Positions 34,602-47,287 of a stretch of DNA of 64,000 nt are shown in pieces; position 1 is the stretch's first letter, and every line of letters begins with the position of its first letter. Both the position numbers and the translations under genes were made by a program. This DNA is from a bacterium. Its GTDB lineage: Bacteria > Patescibacteriota > Dojkabacteria > B142 > OLB20. The notes under the pieces were generated by a model, which saw only the letters and a program-made list of their open reading frames with translations, ran no database searches and had not been told where the DNA came from. The stretch is from positions 110,277-174,276 of the forward strand of contig JAJTYI010000004.1 in assembly GCA_021463645.1 (NCBI GenBank). The letters run 5' to 3'.

Positions 34602-35006
34602 ATGAAAAAGCCACTTCTTCTTTCCAGTGCGATTCTAATTCTAATGTCTTTAGTACATATTATCTGGGGGAGGGAGAATTTTCTAAATGAATTTGCGAGT
34701 GATCAATCTGAACTTAAATTGATAGCAACTATTTCCTGGTATCAAGGTGCTGGTGTTATTTTCTTATTGGGAATGTTTCTTGGATTCCAAGCAGTCAGAG
34801 GGGTAATGAATAAAATGTTTATATTATTCTCGCTTTTATCACTTACTGCTAATATTCTCATTTTTGCCATACTCGCTTTAATGAATGACGAGTCAAAATT
34901 ACTACTTTCATCATTTCCACAGTTGGTAACGTTTTCGGTGGTGATAGGGTTACTGATTTATAGCACTAAAAAGAGTAGCGAAATTTCAGAGGAACTAGAT
35001 TCCTAA
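34602..35006 (+). CDS. Small integral membrane protein (about 4 TM helices)
   Basis: 134 aa with four hydrophobic stretches. No family recognised. Confidence 0.5.
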   Translation: MKKPLLLSSAILILMSLVHIIWGRENFLNEFASDQSELKLIATISWYQGAGVIFLLGMFLGFQAVRGVMNKMFILFSLLSLTANILIFAILALMNDESKLLLSSFPQLVTFSVVIGLLIYSTKKSSEISEELDS

Positions 35007-35076
35007 TACGTGAAATATTCATTCCCGAGTTCTGTGTTTTAGATATTCTTTCCAAACTAGATATTCTAATGATATA

Positions 35077-35457
35077 ATGATTAAATATCATGGTTATATA
35101 TTAATAATGCTTGGAGAGACTCCAACTGACAATTTGATATTATTTTTTTTAGAAAAATATCCCGGGGAAATGAAGAAATTGGGAAATGATTCAGGTCGTT
35201 TTGGCTATGTTCCTTTAATTTCCCTAGAATCTGGATGCGAGTGTCTATGTCCAGACATTAGTGGGATAAGTGTTGAGGATTTTTCACTTCTTGGCAAAGG
35301 GGATCCTTTTCAAAGAGCTTTTTTTGGCCGTAATGTTTCAGGTATTGCGCAGGTATTGGGTATGTCGGAGTACGGAGACTTTATCAAAGTTAGTTGCAAG
35401 GGAGAAATCTTCTTTATGTCCCCAAAGGCTCATGTAATCGTAGCTCGAGAAGCTTAA
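35077..35457 (+). CDS. Orphan small protein
   Basis: 126-aa ORF. TGATATAAT at 35070-35078 overlaps the first ATG, so the true start may be Met11 (35107). Confidence 0.4.
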   Translation: MIKYHGYILIMLGETPTDNLILFFLEKYPGEMKKLGNDSGRFGYVPLISLESGCECLCPDISGISVEDFSLLGKGDPFQRAFFGRNVSGIAQVLGMSEYGDFIKVSCKGEIFFMSPKAHVIVAREA

Positions 35458-35674
35458 ATTTAACCATATCAAAAATACATAGTGCAAGGGAAATTAAGAT
35501 TTTGGGAGCAATACCATGAACTAGTTTCTAATCCTTCCTATTAATCTCCCATCTATCCGCGCTAATTTTTCCTTTGTCTAGTCTCTCAAATACATCATCA
35601 TTATTGTAATTACTAACGAATCTTTACGTTAACGGTGTGTTATCACGTATTTCTAATTTTTATAGTTTAATTAA

Positions 35675-35911
35675 ATGGATCTAGCATCTCCAGATGCCCT
35701 AAGTGTAGCCGATAGAGTTGCTGCGGAAACCCCGGAGGAAACCGCAAGTTTTCTGAATCAACCATTACGTACCATAATTAATGGTCTTTTAGGAGGAAAT
35801 GAGAGACCTCATGTTGTGCATCTAGTCGGAAAACATGGCGTCTATGACGTAAATGCACATCCAGAATTGGATGAAAATGGGGTTAAACATAATATTTATG
35901 AACCACTTTAA
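35675..35911 (+). CDS. Orphan small protein
   Basis: 78-aa ORF with no motif. Confidence 0.35.
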   Translation: MDLASPDALSVADRVAAETPEETASFLNQPLRTIINGLLGGNERPHVVHLVGKHGVYDVNAHPELDENGVKHNIYEPL

Positions 35912-36272
35912 TTTTAATTAGGTATATAAAAACAGGTTGATTGACGAGAAGTTTTATTTTTGGTATTTGTGAGGACAAAAATCATCCATTGTTTTCACGA
36001 AAAAATAAGCTTGATTATGAATATACAAGACATTTTTCTATTCATGAATTAATTTCGCCCTATTGTCCGACTGTCCAATTTGATGGATTTAAGTAAATAA
36101 TTTTGCCGAAATTAGTCAAATAAATGTATATTCTGCGTTGGTTTATTTTCATTAATGATTGGAGAAGAAATTAAATCTTATCCAATTCTCTCCAAACAAA
36201 TTTTGCATATCATCCAAAATATTTCCAAAAAACCAATTTATTTCGTATAATTCTTAACTATTATTGAAATAA

Positions 36273-36599
36273 ATGTCAGTAAATTTTCCGGAACCACTAC
36301 CAGATAATCTCAATGAACTACAAGTAGGAAAATCGTATTTTATACCTCAGGGAAGAAGGGCATTATTACAGAGATGCGGTGATTGTATTGGTGGAAGCGT
36401 TCAGGAAGGAATTTTTACTGAAGCACCGGATTTTGCTCCAGCTAATTATACTACAAGAGAGTTTACTGTCAGGGAAGGTCAGGTTATTAGGGTTGCTGAG
36501 AAACCCGCGGGATGTACACAATGTTGTGGCAGTCCATGTGTACATCTGGGTCAGTTCGATACAGATAATCTATACCGTTTGATGGACAATAGCTTATAA
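36273..36599 (+). CDS. Orphan small Cys-rich protein
   Basis: 108 aa. CGDC...CTQCCGSPC cysteine clusters. TATAAT at 36246-36251. Confidence 0.4.
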   Translation: MSVNFPEPLPDNLNELQVGKSYFIPQGRRALLQRCGDCIGGSVQEGIFTEAPDFAPANYTTREFTVREGQVIRVAEKPAGCTQCCGSPCVHLGQFDTDNLYRLMDNSL

Positions 36600-36636
36600 T
36601 CAATTAGATATATAATTCCAAAATGTAATCTCTCCA

Positions 36637-36918
36637 ATGATAATTGATGTTGAAAAAAAACTCACTTCGATTTCAAACCTTCCTGACGGTTCTTTAATTA
36701 ATGTTCTTCCGGGCGCAGTCGGTCAAGTAATAGAGAGTTCTGGCTTGATAAAAGATATAAGTCCAGTTTTAATAAGGGAAAAGGCATACTTTACTCTTAA
36801 ACAAGGTCTAGGATATTGTTTAATTGGAATGTTTGGAGATAAGATAATTCACCCAGTAGACTATTCTGTTGAAGGTAACTTTCAAGTCGTATTGAAATGT
36901 CCACCAATTAATAATTAG
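36637..36918 (+). CDS. Orphan small protein
   Basis: 93 aa. TATAAT at 36611-36616. Confidence 0.4.
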   Translation: MIIDVEKKLTSISNLPDGSLINVLPGAVGQVIESSGLIKDISPVLIREKAYFTLKQGLGYCLIGMFGDKIIHPVDYSVEGNFQVVLKCPPINN

Positions 36919-37038
36919 AGTAAGAATCTCCCATAATATATAATTATCTTGTTCGGAAAATGGCTTTTGATTTTGAAAAGTAAGTGCAAGTCTTTGTGTA
37001 TTGCTAATTAGGGCGTATAATTAGTATATACATATTAG

Positions 37039-37302
37039 ATGAAAGAAATGTCTACTGAAGGTAAGCTCTTTCCTCTTCGGAAGGTCTTCGATAATAGTAC
37101 AGTAAAACTTTTGCCATATACATATGGTAATAGAATTAGTGATAAAAGATTTGAAGCTGAAGGTGAATTACTTGATACGGAAATTGAATATACAACTCAA
37201 GGATTAAATGTCTTCGGTAGACTACTAACTAGTGCTGCGGGCGAATTCGTTGTCCAAAATAGTATTGAAGTGTTTTGGATAACAAGTCCAAATCAAGAGT
37301 AA
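37039..37302 (+). CDS. Orphan small protein
   Basis: 87 aa. TATAAT at 37016-37021. Confidence 0.4.
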   Translation: MKEMSTEGKLFPLRKVFDNSTVKLLPYTYGNRISDKRFEAEGELLDTEIEYTTQGLNVFGRLLTSAAGEFVVQNSIEVFWITSPNQE

Positions 37303-37381
37303 TACTGAAAGTTTATCGAAATTCTGAATTCTCAATATTCCTCTCAAACCCCATTGCCCATTCCATGCCCTTTGTGCTACT

Positions 37382-38317
37382 ATGCTCCTTAAGCTATTTT
37401 TAACCGTGGAAGTACATATCAGTTTTCAACCAGAGGTTTTATTCAATCTTTTTTCCCAAGGAATCACGAACTCACTCTACACAGCGTTGTTTGTGTTGAT
37501 TCCTACTATCTTCTTGATAGTTATATTCAGCAAGAATTTTAACGCGTTAAAGCCTTCTAAGATTGAACTTTTCTTAGAGATGTTTATAGGTGGACTATTC
37601 GGATTGGTCGAAAGCATCATGGGAGAGAAAAATGCATTGAAATATTTTTCGTTTTTACTCACATTTTTTGTCTTCATCTTAGTTTCAAATTGGTTTCCGC
37701 TATTGCCTGGAATATCCTCAATCGGTCTTGTTGGTGAAGAGAAACATATCGAAGAAGAAGGTGTCGAGTACACTGCAATATCAAATCCAGAGATTATTGA
37801 AGATGCAGACGGAGGTGCAGTACTATCAGAAACAGCTACAGTTGAAGAAGAAGTTGAGCCAACTTTTGGGTGTCTATTAAAAGGCAAATGCTATTTGACT
37901 ACATCAGGAATCACAACCGGTAGCTTCACACATATGTTTAGAGCTCCAACAGCAGATCTATCCGCAGGTATTGCTCTAGCACTTATATCTGTATTGGTTA
38001 CAAACTTTATCGGATTCAAAACAAATAAACTTGCTTACTTGAGCAAATACATAAACTTCAATGGTCCTATAAACTTCGTTGTAGGTATTTTGGAATTAAT
38101 TTCAGAAGTGGGTAAAATTGTTTCATTCTCATTCAGGTTGTTTGGAAACATCTTCGCAGGAGAGGTTCTGCTAGTGGTTATTACTGCAATTTCATTCGGT
38201 GTCGCAACATTGCCTTTCCTCGGACTCGAATTATTCGTTGGGGTTATTCAGGCGTTAGTATTTTTCATGTTAACGGCTGTGTTTATAAATTTGGCAATCG
38301 AACATCATCATTCATAA
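37382..38317 (+). CDS. atpB: F0F1 ATP synthase subunit a, with an acidic loop insertion
   Basis: 311 aa. ITNS near the N-terminus and the essential-Arg helix SFSFRLFGNIFAGEVLL. First gene of the atp operon. The start codon is uncertain (GTG at 37409 is possible). Confidence 0.85.
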   Translation: MLLKLFLTVEVHISFQPEVLFNLFSQGITNSLYTALFVLIPTIFLIVIFSKNFNALKPSKIELFLEMFIGGLFGLVESIMGEKNALKYFSFLLTFFVFILVSNWFPLLPGISSIGLVGEEKHIEEEGVEYTAISNPEIIEDADGGAVLSETATVEEEVEPTFGCLLKGKCYLTTSGITTGSFTHMFRAPTADLSAGIALALISVLVTNFIGFKTNKLAYLSKYINFNGPINFVVGILELISEVGKIVSFSFRLFGNIFAGEVLLVVITAISFGVATLPFLGLELFVGVIQALVFFMLTAVFINLAIEHHHS

Positions 38318-38331
38318 TTAATATTTTTTAA

Positions 38332-38580
<249 letters not shown>

Positions 38581-38599
38581 TTATTAAACAAAAATTATC

Positions 38600-38962
38600 A
38601 TGCAAGCACTAGGATTCAATTTACTAAGTTTCATCATATATCTAGTACTGTTCGCAGTGCTCTTTGTAGTGTTGAATAAATTTCTTGTTCCACCACTTTT
38701 AAAAAACATCAATACACGAAAGAAGCTTCTAGAAGACAATCTTAAATTACAAGCTGAGATTGAACTACATAAAGAAAAATTAGAAAAGGAAGCAAAGGAG
38801 AAAGAGGCAAAATTGATAGAAAAAGCGGAGCTACAAGCAGAGGAAATTATTAGCCAAGCTAATACAGAAGCAAAATCAATTGTAGAAACAGCAAAAGAAA
38901 AGTCAAAGACTATGTTGGATGAGGTAAAAGAGCTTATAGCCAAAAAACAAAAATCAGCATAA
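38600..38962 (+). CDS. atpF: F0F1 ATP synthase subunit b (short, 120 aa)
   Basis: N-terminal TM helix followed by a K/E/A-rich coiled coil. Sits between atpE and atpA. Confidence 0.75.
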   Translation: MQALGFNLLSFIIYLVLFAVLFVVLNKFLVPPLLKNINTRKKLLEDNLKLQAEIELHKEKLEKEAKEKEAKLIEKAELQAEEIISQANTEAKSIVETAKEKSKTMLDEVKELIAKKQKSA

Positions 38963-38983
38963 TAATTATTAGCATACAAAAAA

Positions 38984-40438
38984 ATGGCAAATGTAACGAC
39001 TGGAAAAGTAATCTCGATTGATGAAGGTATTGTTACTGTATCTGGATTGTCGTCTGTGGGTGCTGGTGAGTTAATTAGAGTCAAAATTGATGATAACAAG
39101 TATGCTAGAGCTCTAGCATTGAACCTCGAAGAAGAAGTTGTAAAAGGGGTTATGATTGATCACCTTGACGAAGTAATGCAAGGCCAAAGCGCCGAAACAA
39201 CTGGGGAATTACCTTCGATTAGAGTCGATGACAATGTTCTCGGAAGAGTAATCAATGTTTTAGGAGAAGTTCAAGACAGTAGTGTCGAGATTCAATATGG
39301 CTCAGAAGCGAAAATGATGCCTATGGAGAAGAAAGCTCCTGGGGTTATAGAGAGAAAAGATGTTGAAAGACCTATAGAAACTGGAATTTTGGTTATTGAT
39401 GCATTGATTCCGATTGGTAGAGGTCAAAGACAATTAATTATCGGAGACAGACAGACTGGTAAAACCGCTATCGCAGTGGATGCAATTATCAACCAAAAGG
39501 GCAAAAACTGCCTATGTGTTTATGTAGCAGTCGGTCAGAAAGCCTCAAATGTTGCAAATATTGTCAGAAAATTGAAAGAAAAAGATGCGATGGAATACAC
39601 AACAGTAGTTGTAGCATCAGCAAATGATCCCGCAACACAACAATACCTCGCACCTTATGCAGGTACTGCAATTGCAGAGTATTTCGCAGAAAAAGGTCAG
39701 GATATACTTGTTGTTATAGATGACCTTACCAAACACGCAAATGCATACAGACAAATGTCACTATTGTTGAAAAGACCTTCAGGTAGAGAAGCATACCCTG
39801 GAGATGTTTTCTATCTTCACTCAAGATTACTCGAGAGGGCGTTACAATATTCTGATGCACTAGGTGGAGGTTCGATTACAACATTGCCAATTATCGAAAC
39901 TCAAGCAAACGACTTATCAGCATACATTCCTACAAATGTTATCTCTATTACAGACGGTCAGATTTATCTAGATCAGGATTTATTCAATGCTGGTCAAAAA
40001 CCTGCACTAAACGTCGGTCTTTCAGTGTCTCGTGTCGGAGGTGCTGCTCAAACAAAAACAATGAAAAGTGTTGCTGGTAAAGTTAAACTTGATCTTGCAC
40101 AATTTAGAGAATTAGCAGTATTTGCTCAACTAGGTTCAGAACTTGATGAAGCTACAAAGGCTCAATTGATTCGAGGAGAACATATCACCGAAGCAGTCAA
40201 ACAAGCTCAATACAATCCACTACCAGCTCCTGAGCAGATAGTGATAATGTACGCGGCAAGTCAGGGCTTCCTAGATGAAATGCCATTGAATGAAATCGGA
40301 CCTTGGAAAAAGCAAATTATACTTACATTAAAGACTAAATATCCAAAAGTGTGGGAAAGATTGAACACTGGAAAAGAAAAAGTCGAGGGTGAATTAGCCG
40401 AAGAAATAAATACAATTATTAACTCATATATAGATTAA
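38984..40438 (+). CDS. atpA: F0F1 ATP synthase subunit alpha (lacks the usual N-terminal extension)
   Basis: 484 aa. Walker A GDRQTGKTA. ...DDLTKHA..YRQMSLLLKRPSGREAYPGDVFYLHSRLLERA. An in-frame TAA at 38963-38965 precludes a longer N-terminus. Confidence 0.95.
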   Translation: MANVTTGKVISIDEGIVTVSGLSSVGAGELIRVKIDDNKYARALALNLEEEVVKGVMIDHLDEVMQGQSAETTGELPSIRVDDNVLGRVINVLGEVQDSSVEIQYGSEAKMMPMEKKAPGVIERKDVERPIETGILVIDALIPIGRGQRQLIIGDRQTGKTAIAVDAIINQKGKNCLCVYVAVGQKASNVANIVRKLKEKDAMEYTTVVVASANDPATQQYLAPYAGTAIAEYFAEKGQDILVVIDDLTKHANAYRQMSLLLKRPSGREAYPGDVFYLHSRLLERALQYSDALGGGSITTLPIIETQANDLSAYIPTNVISITDGQIYLDQDLFNAGQKPALNVGLSVSRVGGAAQTKTMKSVAGKVKLDLAQFRELAVFAQLGSELDEATKAQLIRGEHITEAVKQAQYNPLPAPEQIVIMYAASQGFLDEMPLNEIGPWKKQIILTLKTKYPKVWERLNTGKEKVEGELAEEINTIINSYID

Positions 40439-43094
<2,656 letters not shown>

Positions 43095-43171
43095 AATTAT
43101 CCCTTAATCTCTCAATTTCATAATCTTTACATCTTCACACTCAATCCTAAATCTCTTAATTCCTAAATTCC

Positions 43172-43546
43172 TCAATCTTCCTCCGGTTTTTCCACCTGCT
43201 CTAATCCATCAGCATGCTCTGCAGGAGAGTAGATTGTATATAATCTCAAATCTTCTGTTTCTGAAACATTTGTGACATTGTGCTCCACGCCTGATGGCAC
43301 AATAAAAGCGTCATCTGCCATCGCCTTTAAAGTTTCATCTCCTATTAAAATTTCTGCTTCTCCAGTCTCGATTCTGAAAAATTGATCGTGACCCTCATGG
43401 ACTTCTTTTCCGATTTCTTCGCCTGGTTTAATCGACATCAATACCAATTGTGAGTATTCACCAGTAAAAAGCACTTTCCTGTAACTGGCATTTCCCTCTG
43501 TCTCTCTCTCGATGTTGTCGAGATATCCGTTTTTGGATTTGTTCAT
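43172..43546 (-). CDS. Cupin-domain protein
   Basis: 124 aa. GEEIGKEVHEGHDQFFRIETGEAEI...IVPSGVEHNVTN fits the two cupin motifs. Confidence 0.65.
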   Translation of the reverse strand: MNKSKNGYLDNIERETEGNASYRKVLFTGEYSQLVLMSIKPGEEIGKEVHEGHDQFFRIETGEAEILIGDETLKAMADDAFIVPSGVEHNVTNVSETEDLRLYTIYSPAEHADGLEQVEKPEED

Positions 43547-43661
43547 GAATAAAAAATTAAAAATTAAGAACTAAGTATTGAGAATTCGGATTTAATAAAA
43601 AACTATTGAATTAATAATTCTGAATAATTCATTCTACTCTGATTCAATATTAGTGTCATAT

Positions 43662-44519
43662 TTAAGCATACATTGGTAATACAATTTCGGATATGCTATT
43701 GACCCAGTCATCATAATTCCTCAAATTAGGATTAGCTATAAATCCAGGATCTTCTATCGAAAGGGGAACTTTCAGATAAACCCCTACGGTAGTATCTCCT
43801 GAAGTTGCAGAGATAAGGTAGTCAGTCATTGACAAATCAATATTAAGAAAGATTGACGGTATGGTCTTGTGTGCCTTACCAGAGAAACGAATCTGTTGAC
43901 CTCCATTACCTACAAAGAAATCTCCAATTCTAGAATCAACAGGTAGTTGATTCAATTGAGTTCTAAGTTTAGATTCATTAAAGTCATATACAAGCCTGGG
44001 ATAAGGTAGAGCCCCTGGCGAATCATGGGGATTTTGAGTGTTTGTATAATTCAGATTCAAACCAAACCGATAAGGTCTGAAATAATAGGGGTTTTCATCA
44101 CTTCTCTTGAATCTGGTTTTGTTTCGTAAGAATCCTGGAATAGAAATATCTAATAATCTCAACCATGGTTTACCCTCGAAAGTATCCCACTGAAATGCAG
44201 CTGTAACAAGACCACCTTTCATTACCGCGAATTCAGGAACCATACCAGCCTGTTTTTGGGCAAAGTTGATTCTATAATATTTCTCAGGCGGAATAAGCTC
44301 AAAGCCACTGTTTGTTTCAGCTTGTATAACCTTCCATTCTCCTCCACCTCTTCTGATTAAACCTGAGTTATCTTTAAAAGATGCATCAAATTCCATACGA
44401 GGGATAAGTCTTTTAGCTTGTTCTAGAAGTTGAATTTGTAAGTCAGGATTTCCTAATACACTTTCTGGGAGACTTATGCCATATACATCATAGAGTATAT
44501 TTTCTAGTGATTCTACCAC
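43662..44519 (-). CDS. Hypothetical protein
   Basis: 285-aa ORF, 5 nt downstream of the IMPase-family gene (operon). No motif recognised. Confidence 0.5.
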   Translation of the reverse strand: MVESLENILYDVYGISLPESVLGNPDLQIQLLEQAKRLIPRMEFDASFKDNSGLIRRGGGEWKVIQAETNSGFELIPPEKYYRINFAQKQAGMVPEFAVMKGGLVTAAFQWDTFEGKPWLRLLDISIPGFLRNKTRFKRSDENPYYFRPYRFGLNLNYTNTQNPHDSPGALPYPRLVYDFNESKLRTQLNQLPVDSRIGDFFVGNGGQQIRFSGKAHKTIPSIFLNIDLSMTDYLISATSGDTTVGVYLKVPLSIEDPGFIANPNLRNYDDWVNSISEIVLPMYA

Positions 44520-44524
44520 TTATT

Positions 44525-45343
44525 TTATTTCAAAAGTATTCTGCTAATCTCCTCCACCAAAACCTCATTTCCCCCAATAAACCTCGGTTGTTCGATTCCA
44601 GGGATTTTTAAGTCAATTGTTTTACCCCCTGCGTATTTGATTAAAGCTTTCCCAGCCATAATATCAAATGGTTTTGAACCATGTCCCCAAAGACTTACAA
44701 ATGCATCAAGCCCACCACTAGCGGTCCATGCACAAGATAGTGCACCATTTCCAAGTAATCTTACTTTCCCAAAATTATTTATTAATTCGGTTAATTTTTG
44801 ATTCATCCAGTCTCTTTCGCTTTCCCAGTTTTCCTTGTGGGAAGCTAAGTCGACAGAAATCATAGCGGATTGAGGATTGGTTTCATCACTAATCTTTACA
44901 TTTTTACCGTTTAAAGTTGTGGGAATGCCCTCGGCCCCAGAATATAGTTGGTTTGAAATGGGGTTGTAAATTACTCCGAGCATAGGTTTATCACCTTTCA
45001 TAACTCCCACCGAAATTGCAAAGACTGGGACTTTTTTCGCAAAATACTTCGAGCCATCAATCGGATCAATAAAGCATGTATATTCCTTTTTGTCCGAATT
45101 TAAATCTTGATGTTCTTCTAAATGAAAACCTAACTCCGGAAACTCTTTGGAAATTTTGTTGTATATTTCCAACTCTATCTTTTCATCTAACTCAGTGTTT
45201 AAATCGCGGTCTGTCCAGCCTTTTTCAAGGTTTGTTTTGAGATGCGATTCAAGTGCGTCTTCAGAGGAAAGTGCTTTTTGAAGTAATTCACCTTCTTTGA
45301 CAACCAGTTTATTAATTTCAGTCAGAAGTTTTACGTAGTTCAT
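44525..45343 (-). CDS. Inositol monophosphatase / FBPase-family phosphatase
   Basis: 272 aa. FIDPIDGSKYF (DPIDGT motif), AISVGV, and WGHGSKPFDIMAGKAL (WD-x-AAG-like). Confidence 0.7.
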   Translation of the reverse strand: MNYVKLLTEINKLVVKEGELLQKALSSEDALESHLKTNLEKGWTDRDLNTELDEKIELEIYNKISKEFPELGFHLEEHQDLNSDKKEYTCFIDPIDGSKYFAKKVPVFAISVGVMKGDKPMLGVIYNPISNQLYSGAEGIPTTLNGKNVKISDETNPQSAMISVDLASHKENWESERDWMNQKLTELINNFGKVRLLGNGALSCAWTASGGLDAFVSLWGHGSKPFDIMAGKALIKYAGGKTIDLKIPGIEQPRFIGGNEVLVEEISRILLK

Positions 45344-45398
45344 AGGAAATTATACAATAAACCAACGATTTGATATTACTTATTATCAATATTTAATT

Positions 45399-45914
45399 AT
45401 GGGCACATATTTAATGGTTTTTATCATTGCCCTTAAATTCCTCCTCCCTGTTCTCTTAATTTGGTTTCCCTTTTTAGCTGGTTGGGTGAATTTCGTATTG
45501 GATACTATTGATGGAGATATCTTAATCCCCCTTGGCCTTGAGGATTACAATTATCAGACAATTGATAAACTAGCTGACTATGTGACATACATATTTATGC
45601 TTATTGTTGGTTGGAAATGGGAAATTCATAGAGAAATTAAAATCACTTTTGCACTGAGAACTGTAGGACAATTATTATTTTTCTTAACTAGAGATGAGTT
45701 AATGTTTTTCTTCTTTCCGAACTTCCTAGAACCTCTGTTTTTGATTTACGCAACATTATTAATCTTCAAGAAGAAAAGGGCATATGCAATTTATAAAAAA
45801 CATTTTAAATTGATATGGGGATTCATCTTGCTATACAAATTCCAAGATGAATATATTACACATGTTGGAAATGTAGACCGCTCGACTTTAATTAAAAATT
45901 TATTCAGTCTATAA
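45399..45914 (+). CDS. Integral membrane protein, unknown function
   Basis: 171 aa with 4-5 hydrophobic helices. Confidence 0.5.
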   Translation: MGTYLMVFIIALKFLLPVLLIWFPFLAGWVNFVLDTIDGDILIPLGLEDYNYQTIDKLADYVTYIFMLIVGWKWEIHREIKITFALRTVGQLLFFLTRDELMFFFFPNFLEPLFLIYATLLIFKKKRAYAIYKKHFKLIWGFILLYKFQDEYITHVGNVDRSTLIKNLFSL

Positions 45915-45962
45915 TATTGAGAATTACAATTTTGTAATATTTTTATTTCTTAAATTTATGTA

Positions 45963-46961
45963 ATGGGATTATTTGATTTCCTCAAGAAGAAAGAACCAGT
46001 TCAGCCAGTAGACCAACAGCCATCTGGTGCACCTGTAAATCCAGTTTCTACTTACCCAGTGAATTTTAGCGATCAGCAACCAGCTGCATCCGCTCCAACA
46101 GAGCCTGCTGCAGATGCAACACAAGCTCCTGCTTATACTCCTGCAGTTCCAACACAGGCACCAGTTGACAATTTCCAGGCTCCTGCACCAGCACCTATGG
46201 ATAACACAGTAGCACCTGCATCTGCTCCTGGTCCAGTTGATAATTTTGCGGTCCCTACAACAGCGCCAACTGACAATACAGTACCTCCAGTCGCAGGAAA
46301 TATGGGTACGCCACCAATGGATACTACGACAACTACGAATCAACAGTTCAGCGATGGACCAGTTCCTACACCTACAGACAATATGGCTCCAACTTACAAT
46401 CCAGTCCCTACAGATATGTCAGCAACTCCAACTCCAACGCAAGCACCAAGTTATCCAAATATAACTGCACCTATGAATGATGTGTCAACTACAAATACAG
46501 ATAGCTCGCTTCCAACAATGCCTAGTCAATACACACCTGTGACACCAGAGCCATCAACATCAATGCCTGACCTTTCTACATCTACTACCATGTCAGCTCC
46601 AACTCAACAGATGAATGACTCTATGGTTCAGGGCTCTGTTTCGAATATGGTTGATATGAATACACCAGTAACACCAATGACCCAACCAACTCCAACTATG
46701 GACACAGTAAGTGCACCTATGTCGGAACCTGCTCCATCTATGGATGCGCCTAGTATGGATCAGTTCTCAGGTAACACAACTCCTGTAGAGACATCAGGTA
46801 TGATGGACAATATGAACGTATCAACTCCTGCTTCTATTGACCCATCAATGCCTGAGCCTGTAAGCGCACCTGTCGAACCTACTAGTCAGATGATGACTCC
46901 ACCTATGCCAACTCCAACGCCTACCGATTCAACATCTGTACCGTCAAACGGAGCGTATTGA
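45963..46961 (+). CDS. Pro/Thr-rich intrinsically disordered protein with N-terminal amphipathic helix
   Basis: 332 aa. MGLFDFLKKKEP is followed by ~320 aa of P/T/A/M/D/N-rich sequence with recurring P-x-DN and TPxP motifs. Confidence 0.55.
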   Translation: MGLFDFLKKKEPVQPVDQQPSGAPVNPVSTYPVNFSDQQPAASAPTEPAADATQAPAYTPAVPTQAPVDNFQAPAPAPMDNTVAPASAPGPVDNFAVPTTAPTDNTVPPVAGNMGTPPMDTTTTTNQQFSDGPVPTPTDNMAPTYNPVPTDMSATPTPTQAPSYPNITAPMNDVSTTNTDSSLPTMPSQYTPVTPEPSTSMPDLSTSTTMSAPTQQMNDSMVQGSVSNMVDMNTPVTPMTQPTPTMDTVSAPMSEPAPSMDAPSMDQFSGNTTPVETSGMMDNMNVSTPASIDPSMPEPVSAPVEPTSQMMTPPMPTPTPTDSTSVPSNGAY

Positions 46962-47065
46962 TTGGATTATTAGGTAATTACAATTTTTCTATTAACTCCA
47001 CTTTAGAGTAGTATGTTAATTCTGTTGGTGCTAAAATACACCAGATTACTTATTATTTTTCAAAA

Positions 47066-47260
47066 ATGGGATTCAAAGATTTATTAGTCAAACTAGGCAT
47101 ACTAAAAGTAGGTGGTAAAGCAGGAACATATACTAATGCGGAGGATAGAATAGATGTTATGGGAGTTGATGAAGAAATCGTAGTTGAAGACGATGACCAC
47201 AATGATGACGATAATGATTCTGATAACGATTCAGACTCAGATTCTGGATCTGACGACTAA
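47066..47260 (+). CDS. Small protein with amphipathic N-terminus and poly-Asp/Ser tail
   Basis: 64 aa. MGFKDLLVKLGILKVGGK ... DDDHNDDDNDSDNDSDSDSGSDD. Confidence 0.4.
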   Translation: MGFKDLLVKLGILKVGGKAGTYTNAEDRIDVMGVDEEIVVEDDDHNDDDNDSDNDSDSDSGSDD

Positions 47261-47287
47261 ATATCAATATTTGTTAAATATTTTATA

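Noticed and set aside
45969-46464. ORFs 45969-46343 (-) and 46237-46464 (+) over the PT-rich gene
   Set aside because: These are alternative frames of a compositionally biased gene, and the C/W/R-rich or Q/L-rich translations are artefacts. The PT-rich region was also considered as a DNA tandem repeat, but the units are degenerate at DNA level.
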